Shown here one piece after another: positions 10,858 to 20,228 of a DNA stretch of 64,000 nt. The first letter of the stretch is position 1. Every line of letters begins with the position of its first letter. The DNA comes from Flavobacteriales bacterium. GTDB taxonomy: Bacteria; Bacteroidota; Bacteroidia; Flavobacteriales_F; PHOS-HE28. The DNA lies in contig JADJRW010000016.1 in NCBI GenBank assembly GCA_016712025.1, forward strand, positions 4,794 through 68,793. The letters run 5' to 3'. Below the pieces are notes generated by a model, which saw only the letters and a program-made list of their open reading frames with translations, did not search any database and was not told the DNA's origin. The translations under genes were made by a program, and so were the position numbers.

Positions 10858-11993
10858 CCGATCACACTGCGTCCGATCACGATGCGTTGCACCTCGCTAG
10901 TACCCTCGTAGATCTGCGTGATCTTGGCATCGCGCATCAGGCGCTCGACATGGTACTCCTTTACATACCCGTATCCACCGTGGACCTGAACAGCCTCGAT
11001 CGTTGTGCGCATGGCCACTTCGCTGGAGAACAATTTCGCCATGCTTCCCGCGATATCGTAGTTGCCATGGGTATCCTTGAGCCAGGCCGCTTTCAGGCAA
11101 AGAAGACGGGCCGCTTCGATCTCCGTGGCCATATCCGCCAATTTGAAGGCGATCGCTTGGTGCTCATGGATCGGCTTGCCGAAGGCCTTGCGCTCCTTGC
11201 TGTAGGCGAGCGCAAGCTCGTAGGCCCCACTGGCTATGCCGAGTGCCTGTGAAGCGATCCCGATCCGCCCGCCCGACAGCGTCTTCATGGCGAACTTGAA
11301 ACCGAAGCCATCCTCCCCGATCCGGTTCTCCTTTGGGACTTTGACGTCTTGGAACATCAAAGTGTGCGTATCGCTGCCACGAATGCCGAGCTTGTCCTCC
11401 TTCGCGCCTACCACGAAACCGGGCATGCCCTTTTCCACGATGAGGCAATTGATCCCCTTGTGCTTCTTGGCGGCATCGGTCTGGGCCATGACGAGATAGG
11501 TACTAGCCGTGCTCCCGTTCGTGATCCAATTTTTGGTGCCGTTCAGCAGGTAGTGGTCGCCCATGTCGATCGCCGTGGTGCGCTGGCTGGTGGCATCGCT
11601 GCCCGCTTCCGGTTCGCTCAGGCAGAACGCCCCGATCTTCTCCCCTTTCGCAAGAGGCACCAGGTATTTCACCTTTTGCTCCTCATTACCAAAGGTCTCC
11701 AGACCCCAGCAGACCAGGCTGTTGTTCACACTCATCACCACGCTGGTGCTGGCGTCAACCTTGCTGATCTCCTCCATCGCGAGCACGTAGCTCACGGTAT
11801 CCATGCCGCGGCCGCCATACTTGGGGTCGACCATCATACCCAAAAAACCCAGTTCACCGAGCTGCTTGATCTCCGCCGCCGGGAAACGTTGCTCCTTATC
11901 GCGATCTATCACCCCTGGCTTCAGCACGTTCTGGGCGAAGTCACGGGCCGCATCGCGCACCGCCAATTGTTCCTCGGTCAGTTCGAAATTCAT
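10854..11993 (-). CDS. Acyl-CoA dehydrogenase (short/branched-chain type)
   Basis: MNFELTEEQLAVRDAARDFAQ..., CLSEPEAGSD, QVHGGYGYVKEYHVERLMRDAKITQIYEGTSEVQR. Its stop shares a palindromic CTAG with the murF stop. Confidence 0.9.
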   Translation of the reverse strand: MNFELTEEQLAVRDAARDFAQNVLKPGVIDRDKEQRFPAAEIKQLGELGFLGMMVDPKYGGRGMDTVSYVLAMEEISKVDASTSVVMSVNNSLVCWGLETFGNEEQKVKYLVPLAKGEKIGAFCLSEPEAGSDATSQRTTAIDMGDHYLLNGTKNWITNGSTASTYLVMAQTDAAKKHKGINCLIVEKGMPGFVVGAKEDKLGIRGSDTHTLMFQDVKVPKENRIGEDGFGFKFAMKTLSGGRIGIASQALGIASGAYELALAYSKERKAFGKPIHEHQAIAFKLADMATEIEAARLLCLKAAWLKDTHGNYDIAGSMAKLFSSEVAMRTTIEAVQVHGGYGYVKEYHVERLMRDAKITQIYEGTSEVQRIVIGRSVIG

Positions 11994-12079
11994 TGTGGCA
12001 CCGGAGAGCACATCCATGGCGTAAGGGGATAGATGTCAAAGGTAGAAGGACACATCAACGTGTCGGATAGTTTTGGCGT

Positions 12080-13150
12080 ATGGGAAAGGATATTGGGCGC
12101 ACCTACCGGGTACTCGGGGTCATGTCTGGAAGTTCCATGGATGGGATCGACCTTGCGGTATGCGCCTTCCGGGAGGAGGCTGAAATCTGGAAACATGAGG
12201 TGATCCTGGCCCGGACCGCGCAGTTCAGCAGCGAGATGGAACAACAGCTGGAAGCGGCCATGGATGGAACCGCCATTGACCTTGCCCGATTGCATACGCA
12301 TCTGGGCCGTGCGATCGGTAGCGCGTGCGCGGACGTATTGCGCGAGCAGCCAGCCGAGTTGATCGCCTCGCATGGGCACACCATTTTTCACAGGCCGGCC
12401 GAAGGCCTGACCTTTCAAGCGGGTAGCGGCTCGCACATCGCCGCTCTTGCCGGTGTTCCGGTGGTGTGCGACTTCAGAACGCTTGACATGGCGCACGGCG
12501 GGCAGGGGGCGCCTCTCGTTCCGCTGGGCGAAAAGGCTCTGTTCCCCGGTCACATTGCATTTCTCAACCTTGGGGGCATCGCGAACCTCTCTGTGCATGG
12601 GACGGAACGGGTCACAGGGTTCGATATCTGCCCCTGCAACCAATTGCTCGACGGTTTGGCACGTGAATCAGGAGAGCGGTATGATGCCGAAGGGCGCATT
12701 GCCCGGGCTGGTGCGGTGAACGGCGCGTTGCTCGCTCGTCTCAATGGGCTTGCTTTCTACGCGCAGGCCCCTCCCCGCTCGCTAGGCCGAGAATGGTACA
12801 CAGAAACAATGCGACCGCTCATGCAGAACTCTGCACTGGCGCTTCCGGATCGGATGGCGACCGCAGTGGCGCATATCGCTGAACAGATCCTCCGATCGGC
12901 CAAGGAGAACGATGCGAACCGGATCCTTGCCACTGGCGGCGGCGTGCACAACACATCGCTCATGGACCAGTTGCGAAGCAACCCTACGGTGCGGATCGAA
13001 GTACCGTCGAAAGAACTGGTGGATATGAAGGAGGCGGTGATCTTCGCTTTCTTGGGCCTGATGCGTTTCCTAGGTCGCGTCAATACGTTAGCCAGTGTAA
13101 CGGGGGCGGGAAGAGACACCTCCGGCGGGGCGATCTACTGGCCCTATTAA
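12080..13150 (+). CDS. anmK: Anhydro-N-acetylmuramic acid kinase AnmK
   Basis: YRVLGVMSGSSMDGIDLA N-terminus, DFRTLDMAHGGQGAPLVP, LATGGGVHNTSLM. Confidence 0.9.
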   Translation: MGKDIGRTYRVLGVMSGSSMDGIDLAVCAFREEAEIWKHEVILARTAQFSSEMEQQLEAAMDGTAIDLARLHTHLGRAIGSACADVLREQPAELIASHGHTIFHRPAEGLTFQAGSGSHIAALAGVPVVCDFRTLDMAHGGQGAPLVPLGEKALFPGHIAFLNLGGIANLSVHGTERVTGFDICPCNQLLDGLARESGERYDAEGRIARAGAVNGALLARLNGLAFYAQAPPRSLGREWYTETMRPLMQNSALALPDRMATAVAHIAEQILRSAKENDANRILATGGGVHNTSLMDQLRSNPTVRIEVPSKELVDMKEAVIFAFLGLMRFLGRVNTLASVTGAGRDTSGGAIYWPY

Positions 13151-13248
13151 CAACGGGGGCTGAAAGAACGCCGGACACGCTCCAAAGGAGGGCATACCCA
13201 CCAGCTACCTTTGACCACTACGGCACCGCGCTGCGGCCGATCGCAACC

Positions 13249-14472
13249 ATGAAGGAGTCCCTTCGCCGCTTCGAACAGCGCCCCCCGGAGATCGTGTTCG
13301 AGTGGAACGACGCCCCCTCGGGGGCCAAGGGTTGGGTGGTGATAAATAGCCTACGAGGCGGTGCGGCAGGGGGCGGCACGCGCATGCGGAAGGGTTTGGA
13401 TCGTCGCGAAGTGGAGAGCCTCGCCAAGACGATGGAGGTGAAGTTCACGGTGAGCGGTCCTGCCATTGGCGGCGCCAAGAGCGGTATCGATTTCGACCCA
13501 GCCGATCCGCGCAAAGTCGAGGTGCTGGAGCGCTGGTACAAGGCCGTTCTACCCCTGCTCAAGAGCTACTACGGTACGGGAGGCGATCTGAACGTGGACG
13601 AACTCCACGAAGTGATACCCATCACCGAGCGCTACGGTCTGTTGCATCCCCAAGAGGGAGTCGTGAACGGACATATCGGCAACGCGCCCGGGGCCAAAGT
13701 TCGGGCGATCGGGCAGTTGCGCACGGGCGTATCCAAGTTGGTGGAAGACCCCTCCTTCGCGCCCATCATTGGCCGTTATGCGGTAGCGGATATGATCACC
13801 GGTTGGGGTGTTGCGGAAAGCGTACGTCACTTCTATCGTTTGTATGGAGGACAGCTGGACGGCAAGCGCGTCATTGTGCAGGGCTGGGGAAATGTGGCGT
13901 CGGCAGCGGCCTACTACCTTTCTTGCGAAGGCGCGAAGATCGTGGGCATACTCGATCGCAATGGCGGCCTGATCGCCAGGGATGGGCTTTCCTCAGAGCG
14001 GGTGAAGGACCTTTTCCTGAACAAGGAGGGGAATACACTGAAAGCTGCTGATGTGGTCTCCGCTGCGGAAGCGAACGCCCTGATATGGGACATTCCCGCC
14101 GAGGTTTTTCTTCCTTGCGCCGCGAGCAGGTTGGTGACCCATGAGCAGGTGGATCGCTTGGTGGCAGGGGGATTGGAAGTGATCGCCTGTGGAGCCAATG
14201 TGCCCTTCGCCGACCCCCAGATATTCTATGGGCCGATCGCCGAACATGCGGATGGCCGCGTGAGCGTCATCCCGGACTTCATCGCCAACTGCGGCATGGC
14301 ACGGGTGTTCGCTTATTGCATGCAGGAAGGTGCCTTGCTCACCGACCAAGGCATCTTCATGGACGTCAGCGATAGGATCGCACAGGCCTTGCAACGCACT
14401 TGGGAGCGGAATCCCGCCCGCACCAACCTTACCCGCACCGGCTTCGCGATCGCGCTCGAGCAGCTCACTTGA
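13249..14472 (+). CDS. Glu/Leu/Phe/Val dehydrogenase family protein
   Basis: GGAAGGGTRM and SGPAIGGAKSGIDFDP (catalytic Lys motif). Rossmann motif VIVQGWGNVASAAA. Confidence 0.8.
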   Translation: MKESLRRFEQRPPEIVFEWNDAPSGAKGWVVINSLRGGAAGGGTRMRKGLDRREVESLAKTMEVKFTVSGPAIGGAKSGIDFDPADPRKVEVLERWYKAVLPLLKSYYGTGGDLNVDELHEVIPITERYGLLHPQEGVVNGHIGNAPGAKVRAIGQLRTGVSKLVEDPSFAPIIGRYAVADMITGWGVAESVRHFYRLYGGQLDGKRVIVQGWGNVASAAAYYLSCEGAKIVGILDRNGGLIARDGLSSERVKDLFLNKEGNTLKAADVVSAAEANALIWDIPAEVFLPCAASRLVTHEQVDRLVAGGLEVIACGANVPFADPQIFYGPIAEHADGRVSVIPDFIANCGMARVFAYCMQEGALLTDQGIFMDVSDRIAQALQRTWERNPARTNLTRTGFAIALEQLT

Positions 14473-14520
14473 TACTTGATCACACACACCTCGCGTTCCT
14501 TCTAAACACCAGCAACCAGC

Positions 14521-15231
14521 ATGCACCTCGACCTATTCTCCCAGATCGCCACTGACTCGGTCCAAGAGGCGCTCAACAAGATCTCCACCGCCACAGTGAC
14601 CGAGAAGAGCCTTTCGATCTTCGAACTGGTGGCCTACGGAGGCTGGGCGATCATGGGCCCTCTTGCGCTCATGTCGTTGATCACCATCTACATCCTGATC
14701 GAACGCGTTATCTCCCTTCGCAGTGCGGTCAGCCTCGACAAGGATTTTCTAAGCAAGGTTCGGGACTATGTGCATGAAGGGAAACTGGATTCTGCCAAGA
14801 ACCTCTGCGCCAGCACCCGCTCACCGGCTGCGAGAATGGTGGAGAAGGGCATCAATCGGTTCGGCTACCCAGTGCGTGAGATCGAAGCGGCCATGGAAGG
14901 TGTGGGGCGCACTGAGATCGGTCGCTTGGAGCGCGGTGTGGGGCTCCTGAGCCTCTTCTCCAAGTTGGCCCCCATGTTCGGGTTCATCGGCACCATCATC
15001 GGGGTGATCAAGATCTTCTACGAGATCGCTTTGGCGGACAACATCAGCATCGGCCTCATTGCTGGGGGCCTCTACCAGAAGATGATCACATCGGCCGGCG
15101 GGCTCATTGTGGGCATGATGGCCTTCACCGCCTACTTCATCATCAACAACCTGGTGGACCGGGCCGAAGCGCTGATGGACGATACGGGCCAGCAGTTCCT
15201 CGATATCATCCAGGAACCCCAGAAAGCCTGA
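14521..15231 (+). CDS. exbB: MotA/TolQ/ExbB proton-channel protein
   Basis: 236 aa with three TM segments. C-terminal LAPMFGFIGTIIGVIKIF ... GLIVGMMAF pattern. Confidence 0.85.
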   Translation: MHLDLFSQIATDSVQEALNKISTATVTEKSLSIFELVAYGGWAIMGPLALMSLITIYILIERVISLRSAVSLDKDFLSKVRDYVHEGKLDSAKNLCASTRSPAARMVEKGINRFGYPVREIEAAMEGVGRTEIGRLERGVGLLSLFSKLAPMFGFIGTIIGVIKIFYEIALADNISIGLIAGGLYQKMITSAGGLIVGMMAFTAYFIINNLVDRAEALMDDTGQQFLDIIQEPQKA

Positions 15232-15234
15232 GCC

Positions 15235-15636
15235 ATGAAGCTGCGTCGCCGCAAGCGCGAACATGCCGAAGTGAGCACCGAGTCGCTCAACGACATCATG
15301 TTCTTCCTGCTCCTGTTCTTCCTGATCGTGAGCACGCTGGTCAACCCGAACGTGATCAAACTGCTGTTGCCGAACAGCAAACAAAGCAAGACGATCGACA
15401 AGGTGCAGATCCTGCTTCAGGTCACTGAGAACCACGAGTACTTCGTGAACAAGACACCGGTTGCTGAAGAGGATCTGAAGGGAGCCCTCGTTGAAGCGAC
15501 AAGACAGCTCGACCAGCCCACAATAGTGCTCCGACTCGACCGGGCGCTCAGTGTACAGGACCTCGTGAACGTACTACAGATCGGTACGGAAATACGGGTC
15601 AAGATGATCTTGGCCACCCAGAACGAGAGCTCATGA
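15235..15636 (+). CDS. exbD: Biopolymer transport protein ExbD/TolR
   Basis: 133 aa. N-terminal LNDIMFFLLLFFLIVSTL TM segment and a periplasmic domain. 3 nt after exbB. Confidence 0.85.
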   Translation: MKLRRRKREHAEVSTESLNDIMFFLLLFFLIVSTLVNPNVIKLLLPNSKQSKTIDKVQILLQVTENHEYFVNKTPVAEEDLKGALVEATRQLDQPTIVLRLDRALSVQDLVNVLQIGTEIRVKMILATQNESS

Positions 15637-16452
15637 CCACCACAACGGAGATCCCCACCAGCAGAAGGGTGTCCGCGATGATGATGTCGATAGCCCTTCA
15701 CTTGTTGCTGCTGCTCTTTCTGGTCCTGATGAAGATCGTGACCCCCATGCCTCCTTTCCCCGAAGGGGGGGCCAGGCATGGAACTCGGTATCGCGGACCT
15801 TGGTTATAGTGACGAAGGCATGGGGGACAACGAGTCCATGGATGCCGGTGGTGGCTCTTCGGCCGGGGCGGTAAGCGAAAGCGTGGCGACCAGCGAAGAA
15901 CTGATCGCTGAAGAAGATGGCGAAGACATGGCACGGCCAGCGCCAAAGCCCACCGAAAAGCCCAAGACCGATCCCACCGCCAAACCGGTCACCAAACCGA
16001 AGGAGCCCAAGATCAATTCCCCCACGGTGAGCAACGCGCTAAAGGAAGCCCTTGGCGGCGCATGGAGCGGAACCGGCGGAACCGGGCCCGGCTCGGGACA
16101 AGGTGGCGATGGATCCTCGAACAAACCAGGGAATGAAGGAGTACCGGGTGGCAGTCCGAACGGGTACGGGACTTTTGGTGGTGGCAGCTTCAATTTGGCG
16201 GGGCGTGGCATTGGCCGGGCGCCCAGGATCAGCGAAAAGCCGGAGAAAAACGGAAAGGTGGTACTCACCATCTTCGTGGATAGGGAAGGCAAAGTGAAGA
16301 AGGCGGATGTGAACTTTGACAAGAGCACCACGACCGACCAGACCTTGATCCAAATGGCTAGAAAGGCCGCCCTCGAAAGCACCTTCACGCCGAAGTCCGA
16401 TGCGGCAGCCGAGCAGCGGGGCGAGATGACCTTCGTGTTCATCCTCGAGTAA
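15633..16452 (+). CDS. TonB-like energy transducer (frame-disrupted in a G7 tract at 15765-15771)
   Basis: The ATG overlaps the exbD TGA (ATGA). N-terminal TM segment MSIALHLLLLLFLVLM. After PFPEGG the frame switches to ORF 15778..16452. Pro/Lys-rich linker (KPTEKPKTDPTAKPVTKPKEPK) and a TonB-C-like end (GKVVLTIFVDREGKVKKADV...). Confidence 0.75.
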
Positions 16453-16453
16453 C

Positions 16454-17671
16454 GTGACCTATTCGGAAACGCTCGCGTACCTCTACGCGCAGCTACCGAT
16501 GTTCCAGCGCATCGGGAAAGCGGCCTACAAAGCGGACCTGCGTAACACCCACGCGCTCATGGAGATCCTGGATCATCCGGAGCAAGGTCTGCGCTGCGTT
16601 CATGTAGCGGGCACCAACGGCAAGGGAAGCACCAGTCACTTGGTCTCGAGTGTGCTGCAGGAGGCGGGCTACAAGGTGGGACTGCATACATCGCCGCACC
16701 TCAAGGATCTTCGGGAGCGATTCCGCATTAACGGAGCGATGATCCCGGAACCAGAGCTCGTCCGGTTCGTAGAGGATCATAGATCGGGGTTCGAACCGAT
16801 ACAGGCTTCCTTCTTCGAGTGGGGCGTGGCGCTGGCCTTTTGGTGGTTCCGGGAAGAACAGGTGGACATCGCGGTGATCGAGACCGGCATGGGTGGGCGA
16901 CTGGACAGCACCAACGTGGTAACACCCGAGGTGAGCGTGATCACCAACATCGGATGGGATCATATGGACTTTCTCGGACAAACCCTAGAGGCCATCGCAA
17001 GAGAGAAAGCGGGGATCATGAAGGCAGGAATTCCGACGGTGATCGGCGAAGCATTTGGAGATGTCGCCGATGCCTTCCGGCAGAAAGCCGAAGACCTTTC
17101 CGTTCCCATCACGTTCGTGGACCAGACCGTGCCATTGGTCTATCCCAGCGCCCTGGCTGGCGCCCATCAAGAGCGGAACGCACGAACGGCCCTGGCCACG
17201 ATCGAAGTGCTGCGCGGAAAGGGATGGCTGATCGGAGAAGAGCACATCCGTCTGGGCTTCTCCAAGGTCGTCTCCAACACAAGTCTTCAAGGGCGATGGC
17301 AGATCCTGGCCGAACCGCCGTTGACCATCGCGGACGTTGCGCACAACGTGGATGGCATCCGGGCAGTGAAGGGCATGCTCGAACGACTTCCCTTCGAGGC
17401 GCTCCACATCGTCTTCGGCGCGGTACACGACAAGGACTTGAGAACGGTGCTGAGCGAACTGCCCGCAGGGGCCACGTACTACTTCTGCAAAGCCAACATT
17501 CCACGCGGCCTGGACGCAGAAGCCCTGCGCGCACAAGCTTTGGGGCTTGGACTGCGTGGCTTGGCCTATCCTTCCGTGCAGGCCGCCTACCGCGCTGCGT
17601 TCTCCGCTGCGGCGCTGAACGATCTCGTGCTCATCACCGGTAGCGTGTTCGTGGTGGCGGAGGTGCTTTGA
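16454..17671 (+). CDS. folC: Folylpolyglutamate synthase/dihydrofolate synthase FolC
   Basis: GTG start. HVAGTNGKGST P-loop, Mur-ligase family pattern, 405 aa. Confidence 0.9.
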   Translation: MTYSETLAYLYAQLPMFQRIGKAAYKADLRNTHALMEILDHPEQGLRCVHVAGTNGKGSTSHLVSSVLQEAGYKVGLHTSPHLKDLRERFRINGAMIPEPELVRFVEDHRSGFEPIQASFFEWGVALAFWWFREEQVDIAVIETGMGGRLDSTNVVTPEVSVITNIGWDHMDFLGQTLEAIAREKAGIMKAGIPTVIGEAFGDVADAFRQKAEDLSVPITFVDQTVPLVYPSALAGAHQERNARTALATIEVLRGKGWLIGEEHIRLGFSKVVSNTSLQGRWQILAEPPLTIADVAHNVDGIRAVKGMLERLPFEALHIVFGAVHDKDLRTVLSELPAGATYYFCKANIPRGLDAEALRAQALGLGLRGLAYPSVQAAYRAAFSAAALNDLVLITGSVFVVAEVL

Positions 17672-17676
17672 ATGCA

Positions 17677-17700
17677 AAAGCCCCGGAAGACCGGGGCTTT
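17677..17700. terminator. Hairpin terminator between convergent folC and tRNA-Val
   Basis: Perfect 10-bp stem AAAGCCCCGG-aaga-CCGGGGCTTT. A/T-flanked on both sides, so it could act in both directions. Confidence 0.6.
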
Positions 17701-17701
17701 G

Positions 17702-17776
17702 TGGGACGTACTGGATTCGAACCAGTGACCTCATGCGTGTGAAGCATGCGCTCTGAACCAGCTGAGCTAACATCCC
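17702..17776 (-). tRNA. tRNA-Val (anticodon CAC)
   Basis: The reverse complement folds by hand as a cloverleaf. Acceptor GGGATGT/ACGTCCC (one G-U pair). Anticodon stem CATGC/GCATG with loop TTCACAC. T-arm ACTGG-TTCGAAT-CCAGT. No encoded CCA. Confidence 0.85.
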
Positions 17777-17781
17777 GAGGG

Positions 17782-17856
17782 TGGAGGCAGCCGGATTCGA
17801 ACCAGCGACCCTCTGCTTGTAAGGCAGATGCTCTGAACCAGCTGAGCTATGCCTCC
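17782..17856 (-). tRNA. tRNA-Val (anticodon TAC)
   Basis: Acceptor GGAGGCA/TGCCTCC. Anticodon stem TCTGC/GCAGA with loop CTTACAA. T-arm GCTGG-TTCGAAT-CCGGC. 5 nt from the other tRNA-Val. Confidence 0.85.
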
Positions 17857-18194
17857 GATGTAAAGAACCTCGACAACCGGTGGGCTGAAAGAGCCCCGAA
17901 AAAGGGCTGCGAATATAGCCCTTCGAGTGCATGGCCGATCCAGAGGCTTCCAGATGGGAATGTGGGGTCCCTGTCAGGCCGTTGACCTACGAACCTGAGT
18001 TGGCGGTGGCGCTCGCGAGCCTTTCGATCATCCAGAACGACCGAGTGACATCAGATCCGGCACTACAGCCCCGGGCGTTCTGGTGCGTCCGAACCCCTCT
18101 AACAGAGACGAAGGGGGAAGTTGAAGAAGAGTCTATTGTTTAACTTTTAACAATTATTCTTCAACATTATGGTGTCCGGATCAGCTCGGCACAC

Positions 18195-18202
18195 TACGTT
18201 TG
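18195..18202 (+). promoter_or_regulatory. Possible Bacteroidota -7 promoter element upstream of the sigma/crt operon
   Basis: TACGTTTG matches the TAnnTTTG consensus and lies 36 nt upstream of the ATG at 18238. It is preceded by an unusually AT-rich stretch (18130-18170). No clear -33 element. Confidence 0.3.
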
Positions 18203-18237
18203 TCGAGTCATTGGACGAAACTCTTAAACAAAACAAC

Positions 18238-18747
18238 ATGTCGACCATCGAATTCCAGCAACACCTCATCGGCCTTCGGCAGCAGCTGTATTACTTCGCG
18301 CTGAGCTTGACCAAGGACCGCGACGACGCGCAGGACCTGCTCCAAGAGAGTACGTTGCGGGCGCTTACATACCGGGACCGGTTCCAGGACAACACGAACT
18401 TTCGGGCGTGGCTTTACACCATTATGAAGAACACCTTCATTAACAACCACCGCCGCACCAAGCGCACCAAGTCGCTCATGGACAGTGTGGAGCGTGAACG
18501 AAGCACCGTGCGGCGTGTGCAGACCTCCGCTACCTCGGAGAGTAGCATGTTACGGTCCGAGCTCGATAAAAGCCTCGGTCGGCTGGAGGTCAGCTTTAGA
18601 AAGCCATTCCTCATGCACCACGAAGGGTTCAAGTACCACGAGATCTCCGATCACCTGGGGATCCCGATCGGCACCGTGAAGAGCAGGATCCACCAAGCCC
18701 GTCAGCGGTTGATGGGTATGCTGTCCGAGAAGCCCCTGGCCGCGTGA
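18238..18747 (+). CDS. ECF-type (sigma-70 family) RNA polymerase sigma factor
   Basis: 169 aa from MSTIEF. Region 2: DAQDLLQESTLRALTYRDRFQDNTNFRAWLYTIMKNTFINNHRR. Region 4 HTH: YHEISDHLGIPIGTVKSRIHQARQRL. The stop overlaps the crtI start (GTGA). Confidence 0.85.
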   Translation: MSTIEFQQHLIGLRQQLYYFALSLTKDRDDAQDLLQESTLRALTYRDRFQDNTNFRAWLYTIMKNTFINNHRRTKRTKSLMDSVERERSTVRRVQTSATSESSMLRSELDKSLGRLEVSFRKPFLMHHEGFKYHEISDHLGIPIGTVKSRIHQARQRLMGMLSEKPLAA

Positions 18748-20228
18748 ACCAGCGTGCATTGGTCATAGGTTCGGGCTTTGCAGGCCTCTCCGCGGCGGCC
18801 TCCCTGGCCGCTAAGGGGTATACCGTGACCGTGCTAGAGAAGAACGCAACGCCGGGAGGAAGAGCGCGCGTGCTGCATGCGGGCGGATTCACCTTCGACA
18901 TGGGCCCGAGTTGGTATTGGATGCCTGACGTTTTCGAGGCATGGTTCGCTCGTTTTGGGGACCGTGTTCAAGACCACTATGAACTGGTCCGACTGGATCC
19001 AAGCTATCAGGTGATCTTCTCACCAACGGACCATTGGCGCCTCCCAGCCGGCATGCCGGAACTCACTGCTCTTTTCGAAACTGTGGAACCAGGCGCTGGC
19101 AAGGCGCTGGGCCGATTCCTTGAAGAAGCCGGCACGAAGTACGATCTGGGCATGAAGAAGTTGGTACACCGCCCTTCCTTGTCATGGCTGGAGTACATGC
19201 ATCCACGCCTGCTCACAGGTATGCTACGCACAAGTGTATTCTCCTCACTGCGCAAGCATGTCGGGCGGCATTTCAAAGATCCCCGCCTGCGCCAGCTCAT
19301 GGAGTTCCCGGTGCTTTTCCTGGGTGCAACGGCGGAACGCACACCGGCCTTGTACAGCCTGATGAATTTCGCCGACATGGCACTGGGTACCTGGTACCCC
19401 ATGGGTGGCATGGGGCGTATTGTGGAAGGCATGGTGCGTGTGGCGACAAAACAGGGGGTCGACTTTAATTATGATACGCCTGCAACCAGGATCTTGGTGC
19501 AGGGCGGAAAAGCGGTGGGCGTGAGCACCCCAAAGGGAGAGTTCTTGGCCGACGTGGTGGTCGCTACGGCGGACTATCACCATGTGGATCAACAACTGCT
19601 TGAGCCCGCGCACCGCAGTTACACCGAGCGCTATTGGAGCGAACGGGTCATGGCGCCCTCATCGCTGCTCTTCTATTTGGGCTTCAACACACGCTTACCG
19701 AAATTAGAGCACCACAACCTTTTTTTCGACCGCTCGCTTGATGTGCATGCCCATGAGATCTATGTGGATCCGAGCTGGCCGTCAAAGCCGCTCATGTACA
19801 TCTCGGCCCCGTCGAAGACCGACCCAACTGTCGCTCCTGTTGGCCATGAGAACGTGTTCGCCTTGATACCCATCGCTCCCGGCCTGGCGGACAGTGCGGA
19901 GGTGCGCGCCAAGTACCTCGCGCAGGTGTTGGAGCGGATGGCTGCGCACACCGGTGTGAAGGTCGAGGACCATCTTATGTACCAGCACAGCTACTGCATC
20001 GCCGATTTCGAGCGCGACTACAACGCGTTCCGGGGCAATGCCTACGGGTTGGCGAACACACTGGCACAAACCGCAGTGCTGAAACCCCGCATGAAGAGCC
20101 AACAAGTGCGCGGGCTTTACTTTGCGGGGCAGCTCACCGTTCCTGGTCCGGGGGTACCTCCAGCCCTTATCAGCGGCCAGGTGGTGGCCGACCTGATCAG
20201 TAGCACGGCCCAAAGGCAACGCGCATGA
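18744..20228 (+). CDS. crtI: Phytoene desaturase CrtI
   Basis: N-terminal FAD fold ALVIGSGFAGLSAAASLAAKGYTVTVLEKN. 494 aa. C-terminal GLYFAGQLTVPGPGVP. Confidence 0.9.
   Translation: MNQRALVIGSGFAGLSAAASLAAKGYTVTVLEKNATPGGRARVLHAGGFTFDMGPSWYWMPDVFEAWFARFGDRVQDHYELVRLDPSYQVIFSPTDHWRLPAGMPELTALFETVEPGAGKALGRFLEEAGTKYDLGMKKLVHRPSLSWLEYMHPRLLTGMLRTSVFSSLRKHVGRHFKDPRLRQLMEFPVLFLGATAERTPALYSLMNFADMALGTWYPMGGMGRIVEGMVRVATKQGVDFNYDTPATRILVQGGKAVGVSTPKGEFLADVVVATADYHHVDQQLLEPAHRSYTERYWSERVMAPSSLLFYLGFNTRLPKLEHHNLFFDRSLDVHAHEIYVDPSWPSKPLMYISAPSKTDPTVAPVGHENVFALIPIAPGLADSAEVRAKYLAQVLERMAAHTGVKVEDHLMYQHSYCIADFERDYNAFRGNAYGLANTLAQTAVLKPRMKSQQVRGLYFAGQLTVPGPGVPPALISGQVVADLISSTAQRQRA

Noticed and set aside
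12068-12075. TAGTTTTG match to the Bacteroidota -7 promoter consensus upstream of anmK
   Set aside because: It lies only 4 nt before the ATG, whose N-terminus (YRVLGVMSGSSMDGID) looks complete. This is probably a chance match, unless the mRNA is leaderless.
16985-17932. 315-aa minus-strand ORF
   Set aside because: It is antisense to folC and runs straight through both tRNA-Val genes and the terminator hairpin. It has no protein-like motifs.
17931-18143. 70-aa ORF in the tRNA-sigma intergenic region
   Set aside because: It has many A/T-ending codons, unlike every confident gene in the window. It has no motifs and ends in the AT-rich promoter-like block.
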